A stretch of 64,000 nucleotides of DNA from an uncultured delta proteobacterium (GCA_963840855.1 CAWJBB010000085.1:101365-165364), one strand, 5' to 3'. Positions 48,660-61,300 are shown, counted from the stretch's first letter. Translations and numbers: made by a program. The notes: generated by a model not told the origin, from the sequence alone.

Positions 48660-50411
48660 CTACCGATCCCCCATGGGATTTTTGCAGACCACGTTCAGCA
48701 ATGCCTGGCGCCCGTCTTGCTTCACCGCTTTCAAGGCGCGCTCCAGCGCCCGCGGTAATTGGTCCGGCTCTTCGACCCGTTCGGCGTAAGCGCCGCACGC
48801 CTGCGCAGTCAATTCAAATTGCGGCGACGGGCTTAAATCGGTGCCCGGAAAGTTATTCGTCTTTCGCGCCACGCCGTCGGGATAAAGCCCGCGCGCCGCC
48901 GCAATGCTCGCGTTCCAGACCTGATTATTGTAGACGACGGTGAGAAACGGGATGCGATATTTTTGCGCCGTAAAATGACAGGCCGTCGGCGCGCAGAACA
49001 TGTAGGAGCCGTCGCCCACCGCGGCGATCACCGTCGCATCCGGCGCGCCAAGCTTGGCGCCAACCGCGGCGCCGAGGGCCCAGCCCAAATGGCCCGCCGG
49101 CGGGGTGCTGAACTGCGCGCCCGGCCGATTGAGAGGAATCACCTCGGCAAGCTTGGATGTCACCGTTTCATTGAAAATAATCGTCTTGTCATCCATGATG
49201 TCGCCGATGCATTTCGACGCCCATAGTGGATTGATCGGTTTCTGGTTCTTCGCCGCATCGATGCTCGATGCAATTTCACGCATCAACGCGTTGTGTTCGG
49301 CTTCGGTCCTTTTTCGGCGCTCCGCCAGTTTCCCTTTATCGCCTGCGCCAGCCGCCAATTTGTTTTTGATGATAGAATTCAGCACGGGAAGCGCGATCTC
49401 CGAACAGGCCGTCACCGGCAGATCAGCCGGAAAACCCCAGCCTGGAATCCCCGTAAACAGCGGATCGCGTTCGAGATGAATGATTTTCACATCAGACCTG
49501 ATCGCGTCGCGGCGCGGCGGCTCCCAAGGCACATCGATATCCATGAAGAAGAGCACGTCGGCATCCTTGGCATATTTGAGTGTCTGGTTGCCAACGTACA
49601 GCGGGTTATCGGTTGGAAAATTGACATAATTTAGATTCTGCACGACCGGAATCGATAGCGCCTCGGCGAGCGTAACCAAGTGCGCCACCGCCTCGGGATT
49701 GCGGCCGAGGTACTTGGTTACGATGAGCGGGCTTTCCGCGCCGAGCAATAACTCGGCGACTTGCTCCAGCACCGCGGGATCCGCTTGCGCCTTGGAGGCG
49801 GGCACCAGCGGCTCCGATATCACCTGGGTGGACTCCATCACTTCGCACAGCCATTCCCGCGGCAGGGTCAGATAAACCGGCCCGCGCGGCTCGCTCATGG
49901 CAATTTTGTACGCCCGCGCGACCACCGCTGGAAGATTTTGATTGGTGCGAAGCTCGTAGTCCCATTTGACGAACTCGCGGACAATGCCGCCTTGATCTCG
50001 CGACTCCTGCCGCCAGTGAATATTCTGGCTCTTGCCGCCGCGCACTTCGCCTTCGGTGATCGGCGTCCGCCCCGCGAGCAGAAACAGCGGCACATTGGAC
50101 GAATTGGCGTTGATAAGGCCGCCCAGCGCGTTGGCCGTTCCGGGCAACGTGTGAACCAGCACCATCTGCGGCTGCTGCGTGACATTGTAGTAACCATGCG
50201 CCATTGACACCGCCGCCAACTCGTGAGGCACGACGATGGGTTGAATATCACGGGGATCTTCCTTGGCCGCTTTCGCCAGCGCTTCGATGAGCGGCCCGTG
50301 ATCGGTGCCGGTATTGGCAAAAAGATAGCGCACGCAACCAAGCGCCTGCGCCTGCGCCAAAAACGCCTCCGCTCCACTGCCGACGGGAACCGTTCTACTC
50401 TTTTCAGTCAT
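48660..50411 (-). CDS. Thiamine pyrophosphate-dependent enzyme (acetolactate synthase-like)
   Basis: FANTGTD, PHELAAVSMAHGY, GPVYLTLPRE, GDGSY...NN TPP motif. Confidence 0.92.
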   Translation of the reverse strand: MTEKSRTVPVGSGAEAFLAQAQALGCVRYLFANTGTDHGPLIEALAKAAKEDPRDIQPIVVPHELAAVSMAHGYYNVTQQPQMVLVHTLPGTANALGGLINANSSNVPLFLLAGRTPITEGEVRGGKSQNIHWRQESRDQGGIVREFVKWDYELRTNQNLPAVVARAYKIAMSEPRGPVYLTLPREWLCEVMESTQVISEPLVPASKAQADPAVLEQVAELLLGAESPLIVTKYLGRNPEAVAHLVTLAEALSIPVVQNLNYVNFPTDNPLYVGNQTLKYAKDADVLFFMDIDVPWEPPRRDAIRSDVKIIHLERDPLFTGIPGWGFPADLPVTACSEIALPVLNSIIKNKLAAGAGDKGKLAERRKRTEAEHNALMREIASSIDAAKNQKPINPLWASKCIGDIMDDKTIIFNETVTSKLAEVIPLNRPGAQFSTPPAGHLGWALGAAVGAKLGAPDATVIAAVGDGSYMFCAPTACHFTAQKYRIPFLTVVYNNQVWNASIAAARGLYPDGVARKTNNFPGTDLSPSPQFELTAQACGAYAERVEEPDQLPRALERALKAVKQDGRQALLNVVCKNPMGDR

Positions 50412-50583
50412 AAATCACTCCTCAATGCCTTCAAACACTTATTTGACAGCCCGGACATTACACGGGAACTTTGAAGGGCGTCAAGGCGCCTTAATCCGGC
50501 GCTTAAACGAAAATACGATTTAGGAGTTACTGAATCGCCCTGGGATCCAAGCCCAGAGGTTCAAAACTGTCGCACTGAAAGTC

Positions 50584-50668
50584 CGTCATTCCAGCGCAAG
50601 CGGGCATCCAGGCGACGACAGAGGGGCAATGCGGTAAAGTCTGGATTCTCGCTTCCGCGGGAATGACG
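50584..50668. repeat. CGTC-type REP doublet
   Basis: CGTCATTCCAGCGCAAGCGGGCATCCAG ... CTGGATTCTCGCTTCCGCGGGAATGACG. Confidence 0.8.
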
Positions 50669-50736
50669 AAATCGGAAAGCAGTCTTCGAGACGAAAAATT
50701 TCACCCATCTTGGACTGACACGATAAATTACTTCCA

Positions 50737-52375
50737 CTAGTTCCGCCGTAACAGCCGCAGCAATCGCCCACCGACGGCGCCCACGGCCTCGTCTACCTCG
50801 GCGATCCGAAACCAACGGCAGGCAAAATAAAAGGTAATCGCCGCGAGCGCGATGGCCAGGAGAACGCGCACTAAATTGAGCGCCAATCCCACGAGCGGCA
50901 GTAGGGTGGCGAAATCGTTCACCAACCACGCCACCCCGGCCATCGGCACCGAAGCAGCGGCGATCCGCAGCGCCTTCAGGCTCAACTCGCGCCCCGCGAT
51001 ACGGCCGAGCTTGCGGCGCATGAAAACACCGAGTAATAGACAATTGACCAGCGCCACGCCTGGAAGTTGAAACCGCCAAGCCGACGTGACCGAAGGGGCC
51101 GACGAGAAGTGCATTCATCACATAATTGACCGCAATCGAGCCGAGACTGATAAGCATTGGCGTGCGCGCCGAGCCGAAGGCGTAAAACGCCGGCGACAAC
51201 ACCTTCACCGCGGCGTAACCCGCCAGACCGATGGCATAAGCTGCCAAGGCGTTACCCGTCTGCACCGTGTCGAAAGCGGTAAAGCGCCCATGCTCGAAGA
51301 TCAATGCGATGATGGGCCGTCCCAATACCGCGAGCCCGGCGGCGGACGGAATGCACAGCACAAAGACTAAGGTCAGCGCATGGACCAGCGTGCGGCGAAA
51401 ACTATCGTAGTCGGCGCGCGCGCTGTCGCGCGAAAGTTGCGGCAGCGCCGCCGTCGCAATAGCGACGCCAAAGACGCCGATGGGAAATTGCATGAAGCGA
51501 AAAGCATAATTCAGCCACGACACCGGCCCGTTGGCCACGGCGCCGGTGGCCGGATCGATGATCGACGAGGCGAAGTTAGTATTGACGAATATATTGATCT
51601 GCACCGCCGCCGTGCCAATGATGGCCGGCCCCATCATGCCAATGATCTGGCGCACACTGGGGTCGCTCAGACTGAGCATCGGGCGATAATTGAAACCAAC
51701 GCGCCTCAAGCTCGGCCATTGAACGGCGAATTGCAGGAAACCACCGATCACCGTGCCATACGCCATTCCCGCAATAGCACTAAGGCCAATATGAGGGCCG
51801 AGCACGAAGCCAAGCAAAAGACCGCCGATGATCGATCCGAGGTTAAAGAACGCCGACGCCAGAGCAGGAACGCCAAAGCGGCCATGGGCGTTTAAAATTC
51901 CCATCGCCTGCGCCGCCAGCGCGATAAACAGCAGGAACGGAATCATGATGCGTGTAAGTTCAGTGGCCAACTCGGCCTTGCCGGGGAGCGCGAAAAATCC
52001 GGGAGCGAGGGCGCCGACGATCGCCGGCGCTTGGAACCAGGCGAACACCGATATGATGGTGATAACGATGATGATCAACGTCGCAACGCGATTGGAAAGA
52101 CGGATCGCTTCCTTCTCGCCTTTTTTCTCCAGCACCTGCGTGAAGGTGGTCACGAACGCCGAAGAGAGGGCGCCCTCGGCGAATAGGTCGCGCAGGAGGT
52201 TGGGAATACGAAAAGCCGTGAGAAACGCGTCGTAGTGAAAGCCGGCGCCGAAGAAAATCGCGAACACTTGATCCCGCACCAAGCCGAGCACTCGGCTCGC
52301 CATCACGGCAAGGCTAATGACTCCGGCGTTGCGCGCCACGTTGGGACGCGGGACTTCAGTCGTGGAAGGTTCCAT
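50737..52375 (-). CDS. murJ: Lipid II flippase MurJ (frameshift near 51058, probably a sequencing error)
   Basis: SRVLGLVRDQ, AFRIPNLLRDLFAEGA, YAFRFMQFPIG; C-terminus in ORF 50737-51114. Confidence 0.92.
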
Positions 52376-52534
52376 TTCCCGTGGGGATTAAATATTCAAC
52401 CGGTAGCACGAAAAACCGTGCTCGTCGATGCGGCCGTTATTTGCATTGACAGTCACGAAGCATGTTGGTTATAAACAAACGAGTGCAAATTTAGCAGTAG
52501 CTAGTGAGGCGCAGCGAATGAAAGGAGCTCGATT

Positions 52535-54242
52535 ATGACTTACGACTTGATAATCAAGGGGGGCCGGATCTACGACGGCAGCGGCCTGCCGTCCCGGATG
52601 GGAGACGTCGCCGTCATCGGTGATCGGATTGCCGAGGTCGGGCGGGTGAGCGGCAGCGCGCATCGAGTCGTCGACGCGGATGGCTTGGCTGTGGCTCCAG
52701 GTTTTATCGATTTCCACACCCATATGGATGCCCAGCTTTTATGGGATCCGCTTGCCACCTCTTCATGCTTTCACGGCGTGACCACCCTGATTCCGGGGAA
52801 CTGCGGCCTCTCTCTCGCGCCTTGCCATCCGCAAGATCGCGAAAACGTCATCGGCTCCTTTGTACGAGTCGAGGCTATGCCGTCTCAGGTGTTGCGCGAA
52901 GCGGTAAAATGGGAGTGGACAACCTTCCCGGAATACCTGGCGCGGCTCAGGCAAAAACTCGGCGTCAATGTAGCGGCTCTCATGGGGCACTGTGCCATGC
53001 GCCAATTCGTCATGGGGGAAGAATCCTCGGAGCGCGCCGCTACTCCAGATGAAATCGAACAGATGAAAAATATCCTGCGCGAGGGACTTGGCCGCCGGCG
53101 CCATCGGCTTTTCGACCAACCAGAATCGCCGCCACATGCGCGAAGACGGCAGGCCGATTCCAAGCCGCCTGGCAACCGATGAGGAGATTCTCGAATTGGC
53201 CGGCGTGCTTGGCGAGCTCAATCGCGGCTCCATGCAGATTTCGCGCGGCACGTTAGGCATAGCCCGGCCCGCCGAGGAAGATGTCAACCTGTTTCACCGT
53301 CTGGCCGAAACATCCGGCCGGCCCGTCATATGGCAGAGCATCGCTCATCGCTTGAATGCGCCGGATCTCTGGAAGCGACTCCTCGGCCTCGCCCAGGACT
53401 CTCTCGCCAGCGGCGTGCCTTCTTATCCTCTCTGCAATGCCCGGCTTTTCAATGGCCGCTTTACGCTCAAGAACGCGCAGACCTTCGACGAGCTGCCAAC
53501 CTGGAAGAAGATCATGTTTTTGCCCGTAGAAAACCGCGCGGAGCTGTTTCGCGATCCGGAAATGCGCCAAAAGCTCCGCTTCGAAGCGGTGGACGACACG
53601 CGCTCCGTGAATTTTACCCGGCGCTGGGACCAGATCTTTCTGATCAAAGCCGCGTTGCCGAAGCATAAGGAATTCGAAGGAAAACATTTGCAGGAAATCG
53701 CCCGGTCTCAAGACAAGGACGTCATCGATACTTTCCTCGACATCGCCCTGGAAGAAAATCTGGAGACGATGTTCCAAAACTCCGGCGCCAGAGACGAACA
53801 GGCGACAAAGGAAATCCTCAAGAGTCCCATCACCCTGGTGGGCCAGTCGGACGCGGGAGCGCACCTCATTTACCACGCCGGCTATGGCTACGCTACCCGC
53901 TTCCTCGGTTACTGGATTCGCGAGCAAAAAGTGATGAGCTTGGAGGAAGGCATCCGCAAGCTTACATTTATGGTTGCTTCGCTGTTTGGCCTGGACGACC
54001 GCGGCCTCATCCGCAGAGGAATGGCGGCGGATCTGGTGCTTTTCAACCCCGACACTGTGCGCGAGTGCGAACCCGAGATGGTCAACGACTTGCCGGGCGG
54101 CGAGAAGCGCCTCGTACAAAAAGCTATAGGAGTCAAGATGACCGTCGTCAACGGCAAGGTATTGGTCGAGGACGGCGAACATACGGGCGTCTATCCCGGC
54201 CGGGTGCTGGGGAACGGCGCGGGCGCCCAACCACTGGGCTGA
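52535..54242 (+). CDS. N-acyl-D-amino acid deacylase-family amidohydrolase (frameshift near 53088)
   Basis: YDLIIKGGRIYDGSG, PGFIDFHTHMD, GNCG, SDAGAH, DLPGG, TGVYPGRVL. Confidence 0.9.
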
Positions 54243-54422
54243 GCGTCAGCTTATCTTGCCGAAGAACAGCGGCAGGTGGCAGAGCAAGATTATCTGCCCT
54301 TGGTTATCGGGGCGTATGAGAGGGCGGAAAGTTGTCGGGAAACAAAGCGAGATTTCTGATCAAGAAGTGCGTAGATCAGGCGTCGGAAATTCCATGAAAG
54401 CGAGCGCAACCCGTTCTGCCGC

Positions 54423-55031
54423 TCAAAAGGAACCTTTCCAGTCATCGATCGGCACGTAGGTGCCTCGTTCAGCGTAATATTGTTGTTGCAGCTTGTATAA
54501 TTGCAAGTTACTGAACTCGCGTTTTTGTCTCTGGCCGGCGCCGTCTTCATATTCGAATGTCACACCGTACTTGTCCCTCGATAGGCTGAGCAATCGCCGT
54601 CCGTCGGAATCCACGATTCGTCCCACCATGCGCAACATCTCGCCCAGACTATAGATATCCGGGACCTTATCGATTTCATTTCTGCGATTGGCGCCGCTTT
54701 CGTCCATCCGGTCGATATCGACGGGCGTGTAGGTGCGATCAAAACTGATGGGCACCGTAGAGTTTTCAGCCGGCGGGACAGTAGATTGATCCCGCAGGAG
54801 TTTGCTCTTCAGCTTGTCCAGCAATTGACTGCTGCCTTGAGCGCCCTTCCCGCTTGGGTCTCGCAGGAGATATCGCCCAATGACCTGAAAGTTCATTCCC
54901 TGCAGTGTGATCTCGAGAGTTTGCGGAAACAAATTACTAAGATCATGCCCAATGGCCCGAAGCCCTCGCGCGTGGAACTGGGCCTTATTCAGGACTTGGA
55001 TTTCGCTCTCGTCTTTTAATTTTAGCTTCAT
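54423..55031 (-). CDS. Conserved-looking hypothetical protein
   Basis: ARGLRAIGHDL, RTYTPVDIDRMD, PDIYSLGEMLRMVGR; start uncertain. Confidence 0.7.
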   Translation of the reverse strand: MKLKLKDESEIQVLNKAQFHARGLRAIGHDLSNLFPQTLEITLQGMNFQVIGRYLLRDPSGKGAQGSSQLLDKLKSKLLRDQSTVPPAENSTVPISFDRTYTPVDIDRMDESGANRRNEIDKVPDIYSLGEMLRMVGRIVDSDGRRLLSLSRDKYGVTFEYEDGAGQRQKREFSNLQLYKLQQQYYAERGTYVPIDDWKGSF

Positions 55032-55206
55032 AAGTCCGCAATACTTCCAGTCGGCGGGAACGAGCGAAACTTTAGCATTGCGTGAGCTTTTGCGGTTCGA
55101 ATTGTCAATTTTGAGCAGTTGCGGTCGCTCAGGGGAGGTTATTTCTACATCATTGAAAGGTCGAAATGACCTTAAAGCAATCGTTGCGCCGCCGACCGCC
55201 TGCAGA

Positions 55207-56019
55207 CTACGGCGTAAAAAACGCAAAAGCACGCACCTCGATGCTCTGGCGCGGGGGCGCGTCTGGAGGAGAATTGGGATCTTCAAACGATGTATGGGGC
55301 GTAAACCTGGCGCGGCCATCGTTTGCCGAATCGTAAACTTTGAACACCAGCGCCTCGTCACGCCGCATTTCGGGAAAATAAAACCATCGATGATTGGGGT
55401 TGTACTTCAAGCGATAAGTTTGCCCCACCCTGTGCGGGTAGCGGCGCTCGGCCACCATAAGGTCTTCCAGCGCGATGCTCTTGGCGTCGGCAACGGCCAG
55501 AGGATTTCTCTGGATCGGCTGATTGATTGCGCGCCACACTTGAATGATTGCGAAACGACGCGCGAGTAGTTCCTCGGCTTCCGTTGGGAGAAACTCGCGC
55601 ACCCTATTTGGCCCGGACCATTCGGTATAGTCGTTGTGTGCCGAGAGCACCGGCTCACGGATGAGCTTGGCCTCCCGCTCCGTCTCATCGCCCGAGCGCA
55701 GCGTGTGATCGAAGATCGTTACGCGGGAAGCCCCGGAAGCATTCTTGATCAGCTCTTCGACCTCCGGATAATACACCGATTTCAACTGCTCAGCGTCGAA
55801 GAAATCCGCAACATTGGTTTTGTGCTCGACCAATACAAAACCCTGCTGCTCCAGCGAAAGCCGATCGGCGAGCAAGCGGCCATTCCGAACTTCCACCTTC
55901 ATCGGCTCATGGCTTCCCGTCTTGCGCCTGCGAATGTTGTTCGGGCCGAAAGTCTCGTTCACGAGCTTTTCGCCTGTGTCGATCGTATAGGGAATATTCA
56001 CCGTTACGGTAGGGTTCAT
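55207..56019 (-). CDS. CmcJ/NvfI (AsaB-like) oxidoreductase
   Basis: YYPEVE, IFDHTLR, AHNDYT, QVWRAI, PHTSF, RQSIEVR. Confidence 0.9.
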   Translation of the reverse strand: MNPTVTVNIPYTIDTGEKLVNETFGPNNIRRRKTGSHEPMKVEVRNGRLLADRLSLEQQGFVLVEHKTNVADFFDAEQLKSVYYPEVEELIKNASGASRVTIFDHTLRSGDETEREAKLIREPVLSAHNDYTEWSGPNRVREFLPTEAEELLARRFAIIQVWRAINQPIQRNPLAVADAKSIALEDLMVAERRYPHRVGQTYRLKYNPNHRWFYFPEMRRDEALVFKVYDSANDGRARFTPHTSFEDPNSPPDAPPRQSIEVRAFAFFTP

Positions 56020-56244
56020 GACCGAAGTACCTCCTTTGCCGCGTTTCGATTAGCCATCGCTCACGGATAAGCAAAACCTACACGAACTGCGCTTCTGCCG
56101 TCAATCGAAAGGCAGTTTAACCCAATGCAGGTCGAAATATGCCGGGCCGTTGCTGCGGATTCGATCAATGCTTTAATTGGAATTGCAAAACAGCTGTACT
56201 AGTGAACTGTAAAAGGAACATAGCGTTTGCCGTTCATGGTTCGA

Positions 56245-57568
56245 GAGCGTATGTGGATGTCAAGTGGTAAAGCACAAATGTTTACGAGTTTTCATAATAA
56301 GAGAGAGTGTTGTGGAGGAAGTGTATGATTGGGATGGCTTTAGGGAAAAGCGGGCTTGTTGAAATGAAGTTAGGAGTTTGTCTCCGGTTTGGTCTGTGAG
56401 TGTTTGGGGCGATGTTCTCTAGGTGAAAGGAGCGGATTTAACCTTTTTTCTAACTTCGTACGGTCTTTGGTGCATCAACACGACAGAAATCCTGACACTG
56501 AGTTTTCGCGCCACTGCAACGATGGCGACTCGGGAAGCGATGTTGCGCGGATGGGTGCGGCAAACGCGCGAAAGAATTCCCTGAACTCGCGTCTTGGCGG
56601 ATGGCCGACAGGAACCTTGGATGAGCTTACTTCTCAGCGTGGGTCCGCTGTGGGTGATGGATCCCCGATCGGTTTTCTCTCCGGTGGAGTTCTCCGTGGG
56701 CACCAAACCCAAAAAGCCTGCAGTTGGCGGATGTTGTTAAGCTCTCGCCAGTCCCCAATGCGGGCCAGAAGTTGACTGGCCACAATCCAACCAATCCCAC
56801 AAATCGTCATCAGGTATTTCATGCAGCGGGACAATTCCGGATTTGCTACAGAAGCGGCGGATCTGTTGAGTCGTCTTAACAACCCGCTTCTCGTTAAACT
56901 CCAAGCTGTCCAGCAATTCGTCGAGCTTAAAGCGCACCGTCGAAGAACAGGGGAGCTTTCGCAGCTTAGCTTTGACCATGAACGACCACTGGCTGCCGGC
57001 AGGGGCGGGGGAAACTCAATCCCTTCAAAGAGCGACAGCGATTTAATCCGTTGCTTCATCCCGACCATGTCGCTGATAAAGGTGTCGCGCAATTGGGTGA
57101 GGTGGCGAAGCTCACGATACACCCCAGTGGAAACATGAATGCTTTTGAGTTGCCCCCCACGAAGATTCTGCGCCAGCATCCGGCTGTCCAGTGATTGGTC
57201 TTCACTCTCTGTCCTGGTGCTTTGGGTATCATCGATGGAGAAGCGATCAAGCACCGATACGCTTGCGCCTCAAGCCCATCATACAAGCCGTACCCTGTCG
57301 GTCCAGCCTCATAGGCGAAGGCTACCTTCTGATCGGGAAAGTGCTTGCCCACATAATTCACAAGATGCTCCACGCTATACGGCATGCGCAGCGACTTAAG
57401 CAACCCTTGGTGATCGGCAAAGGTTACCGAGATGCTTAGCTTGTCCACGTCCAATCCGGCAAAGATATCGTAATCTCTGGGTATGAATGTTTCGCTTTCA
57501 TCGAAGTGCCTCCTCTGTACAACGGTTTGTGTGCAGCATTGTACATGAGCATGTTGAGAAGTGAATAT
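56245..57568 (-). mobile_element. IS110-family element inserted in a REP hairpin
   Basis: Left flank CCGTTCATGGTTCGA, right flank GATAAGCTCACCACGAACGG rejoin into a REP; shared GA at both junctions; no terminal IRs. Confidence 0.8.
56419..57501 (-). pseudogene. IS110 transposase/recombinase with multiple frameshifts
   Basis: GGAGG RBS; FAGLDVDK, AYEAGPTG, RVKTN-LD, LMTICGIG, GLVPTENSTG, AIVAVARKL spread over four ORFs. Confidence 0.9.
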
Positions 57569-57734
57569 GATAAGCTCACCACGAACGGCTTGTGCCTTGA
57601 CCGTTCACCTGAGCTTGTCGAACTTAGACGCGAACCAACCGTTACAGTTCGCTACGAACGTTGGCGAGGCATCCCGCTCCTTGTATTTATCGTCATAGTT
57701 TTTAATATATTCAGCTGATTAGGAGCGGTGTTTA

Positions 57735-58178
57735 ATGTTCTATTTCGCCTATGGCTCGAACATGAACTGGTCACAGATGCAGCTGCGTTGTCCCTCTGCA
57801 CGCTTTGCTTGCGTCGCTCGCTTGCCCGGTTATGGTTTCGGCATCGCGCGCCACTCGCGGTTGCGCGATTGCGGCACGGCCAACATCTATGCGGACCCCA
57901 GAAGCGAAGTATGGGGCATCGTCTACGACGTAACCGAGAACGACATGGGCACCATGGACAGATTTGAAGATGGATATAGCCGGGAGAAAGTTTTGGTCCA
58001 TAATATCAACGGTAACGCATCTCCATTGGAAGTCATCGTTTACATCGCGCCGAAAGAGACTGGCGTCCCTTTGCCTAATGCCGAGTACAAGCGGCTCATG
58101 CTCGAAGGCGCGCATTACTGGAAGTTGCCCGCCGAATACTGTCTCATGCTGGAACAGATCCAGGCCGCGACAATTTAA
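57735..58178 (+). CDS. Gamma-glutamylcyclotransferase-family protein
   Basis: YFAYGSNM, VWGIVY, MDRFE. Confidence 0.9.
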   Translation: MFYFAYGSNMNWSQMQLRCPSARFACVARLPGYGFGIARHSRLRDCGTANIYADPRSEVWGIVYDVTENDMGTMDRFEDGYSREKVLVHNINGNASPLEVIVYIAPKETGVPLPNAEYKRLMLEGAHYWKLPAEYCLMLEQIQAATI

Positions 58179-58383
58179 TCGCGCATACTCTTCAAGACGT
58201 TCAAACCGTTCATGCCGTCGGACAATCCGAAGTTCATCTTGAACGGCTGGAACGGTTTGCCTTAGATAAGCTCAGGCCCTGAGCACGCCGAAGGGAACTT
58301 TTCCAACCCCACGTTTCGCGGGTAGACGCAGCCCGAACCGCAAGATATGATCAAAATCAAACGCGCATTTATGAGAGACGCTC

Positions 58384-61300
58384 ATGGCTAACCCCATCCA
58401 AACAATCCGCACGCGCGCCACGGCACTTGCGCGGGCGCCGCGGACTCGCAAAATCGCAATCTGGGTTATATCGATTGTCGTAGCCATCGGTATCCTGGGC
58501 GCGCTGGTTGCCCCTTACCTACTGCGCGGAGTGCTCGCCGACCAGTTAACCGCGAAGCTTCACCGCCAAGTCTCCATCGAACAAATTCGCATTAATCCTT
58601 TTGCGATGTCCGTCACCGTCCGTGGCTTTCTCATGAAGGAACGCCAAGGATCCGCAACTGCGGTTTCCTTTGACGAGCTCTACGCAAACTTGGAGCTTCA
58701 ATCGCTATTCCGTTGGGGACCGGTCTTGAATCAAATCCGACTTGTCAAACCCTACGTCAACCTGATCAGGAACGAAGACCGTACGTATAATTTCACTGAC
58801 CTGATTGACGAGTTTACCAAAGGCCCGCCGGGACCCACGCCGCGATTCGCCCTAAACAATATTCAAGTTCTCGATGGAAAAATCGACTTCGACGATCGGC
58901 CGGAACAAACGAAACACACGATCTCCGCCATCAAAATCGGCGTGCCCTTCGTTTCCAGCATACCCTCTCACGTAGAGATCAATGTCCAACCGGCTTTCTA
59001 CGCGTTGGTAAACGACGCTCCCGTTCAAATCGACGGCGAGACCAAGCCCTTCAAGGATTCGCGAGAGAGCACTATTCAACTCGACATCGACAACCTGCAG
59101 ATTCCTAAGTATCTCGAATACTCGCCCGTGGAGCTGAATTTCAAAGTTCCGTCCGGACAACTTGATAGCAAACTCACGGCCTCATTCAGAACCAGCAAAG
59201 ACAAACCGGCTGAGCTGTCGATTTCCGGCAACGTCGGGATCAAGGAGCTAAAGCTGCAGGAAAAAAGTGACGCGCCGCTTCTGAACCTGCCGAGCTTCGA
59301 TGTCGTCATCGATGCCGTTGAGGTTTTTGCACAGAAGGCAAGTCTGAAATCGGTCAAGGTAGAGTCGCCGGAGTTGCATGTAACCCACAACCGCGACGGG
59401 ACCTTGAACCTAACTTCGCTGATTGCGGAGAGCAAGGCCGAAAAGGCCCCGGAGCAAAAAACCAATGAGAAGCCCTTCGGTTACCGTGTCGATGAAATTC
59501 TGGTGGATCAAGGCAAGCTGTTTCTTACCGACCGTAGCCCAGAGCGGCCTTTTGAAAAGCGAGTGGAAAATATCCACGCCGGCGTCAAGGGGCTTACCAA
59601 CGAGGCCGACAAGAAAGCCACCACTGAAATATCCTTCCAGACCGATGCTAAAGAACAGTTTAACCACACGGGGATGCTTCAGCTTACACCGCTTGCGGCC
59701 GAAGGCCAGATTGAGGTTAAAAGCCTCCAGCTCAAAGGACTTCGTCCATACTACGAGAGCGTGGTTGGGCTGGAGATCACGGAAGGGCTGCTGGATCTCA
59801 CCACTCACTTTGCCGCCGGGCAGAAAGAGAATAAGCAACTGGAGACAAAACTCTCAGAGCTGAATGCCGCGTTACGGACCCTGCGGCTAGACGTGCCGGG
59901 CGACCGTGAGCCGCTTTGGCGCGCTCCGCTCTTGGAGATAAAAGACACCACAGTGGACGTTGAAAAAAAATCCATCGTGGTGGGTTCCTTTGAAAGTCGC
60001 GACGGCAGCGGCTCTATCCATCGTAATCCAGACGGGATCTTCAGCTACGCCAGGCTTATCAAAACGCAGCCTGGCGCAAGCGAGGCCAAGAAGCCGGAGA
60101 AAGAAGACACGGCAGAATGGTCCGTTGAAATAAAACGCTCCGCTCTAGATCGTTTTCGAGTCACGTTTGAAGACCGCATGCTGAGTCCGCCGGCGCGCAT
60201 GACGGTTGCCGCCCTGTCGTTCCGGGGAGAAAATCATTCCAATGCCAAGAATGCGCGCGCCAGAGTCCGCCTCCAAGCCACGATCAACAATAAGGGGCGC
60301 TTGAGGCTGGCGGGAGGCCTTGGGACACGCCCGGTTCGGGGCCGCCTCAATGTCGATGCTCAGGGCATCGCGGTCGTCCCGTTCCAGCCCTATCTCGCGG
60401 ATCAGGTTAACTTCTCGTTAACGGGTGGAGAAGTCGGCAGCAAAGGTGTTCTCACCATAGAAACCGGTGGCGATGGCGCCCTCAAGGTCAACTATGAAGG
60501 CGGCGTTCAAGTGACGGATTTCGCCTCGGTTGAGAAGGATGCTTCCCAAGATCTTCTTAAATGGAAGTCATTGGATCTCGGTGGAATCCAATTTGCCCTG
60601 CAGCCCATGCAGCTTCGGATTAACGAGATCAATCTCGCCGACTTTTATTCGCGGATGATCCTCGGCGCTGACGGCAGGCTCAATTTGCAAAAATTGGCGG
60701 CCCAAAAAACCCAGGCAAGCGCTCCAGAGGAGACAAAGGAGGCAAAACCACCGGAACCCCAAGCAGCCGCGCCCTCCGCCGAGAAACAAATTTCCATCGG
60801 CAAGATCAACTTGCAAGCGGGCAATGTCTATTTCAGCGACTTTTTCGTCAAGCCCAACTACTCGGCTAACCTGACCGGCGTACAGGGTTCGATTTCCGAA
60901 CTCAAACCGGAAGCTCCGGGTGATCTTGCGATCCAGGCAAAGCTCGACAACGCCGCTCCCGTTGACATCCTGGGCAAGATCAACCCGCTGTCCAAAGATC
61001 TCTATTTGGACATTGCGGCGGATGCCAGGGAAATCGAGCTCAATCCCATGTCCCCCTACTCGGTTAAGTACGTGGGTTACGGCATCGAGAGAGGCGAGCT
61101 CTCGTTCAAAGTCAAATACAAAGTGGAGAACCGCAAGCTGGACGCGCAAAACCAGATTATTCTCGACCAGTTAACCTTCGGAGAAAAAGTGGAGAGTCCA
61201 ACCGCCACGAAGCTGCCGGTCTTGCTCGCTGTTGCGTTACTGAAAGACCGTAACGGCGTCATCGACGTCAATCTTCCTATCAGCGGCTCCCTGGACAGTC

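Noticed and set aside
53253-54230. Long antisense ORFs (also 45614-46411, 28123-28857, 16819-17499)
   Set aside because: Shadows of real genes on the opposite strand in GC-rich DNA; no motifs.
54423-55361. 312-aa ORF with a long N-terminal extension
   Set aside because: The first ~110 codons overlap the CmcJ gene and intergenic DNA; a start near 55031 is more plausible.
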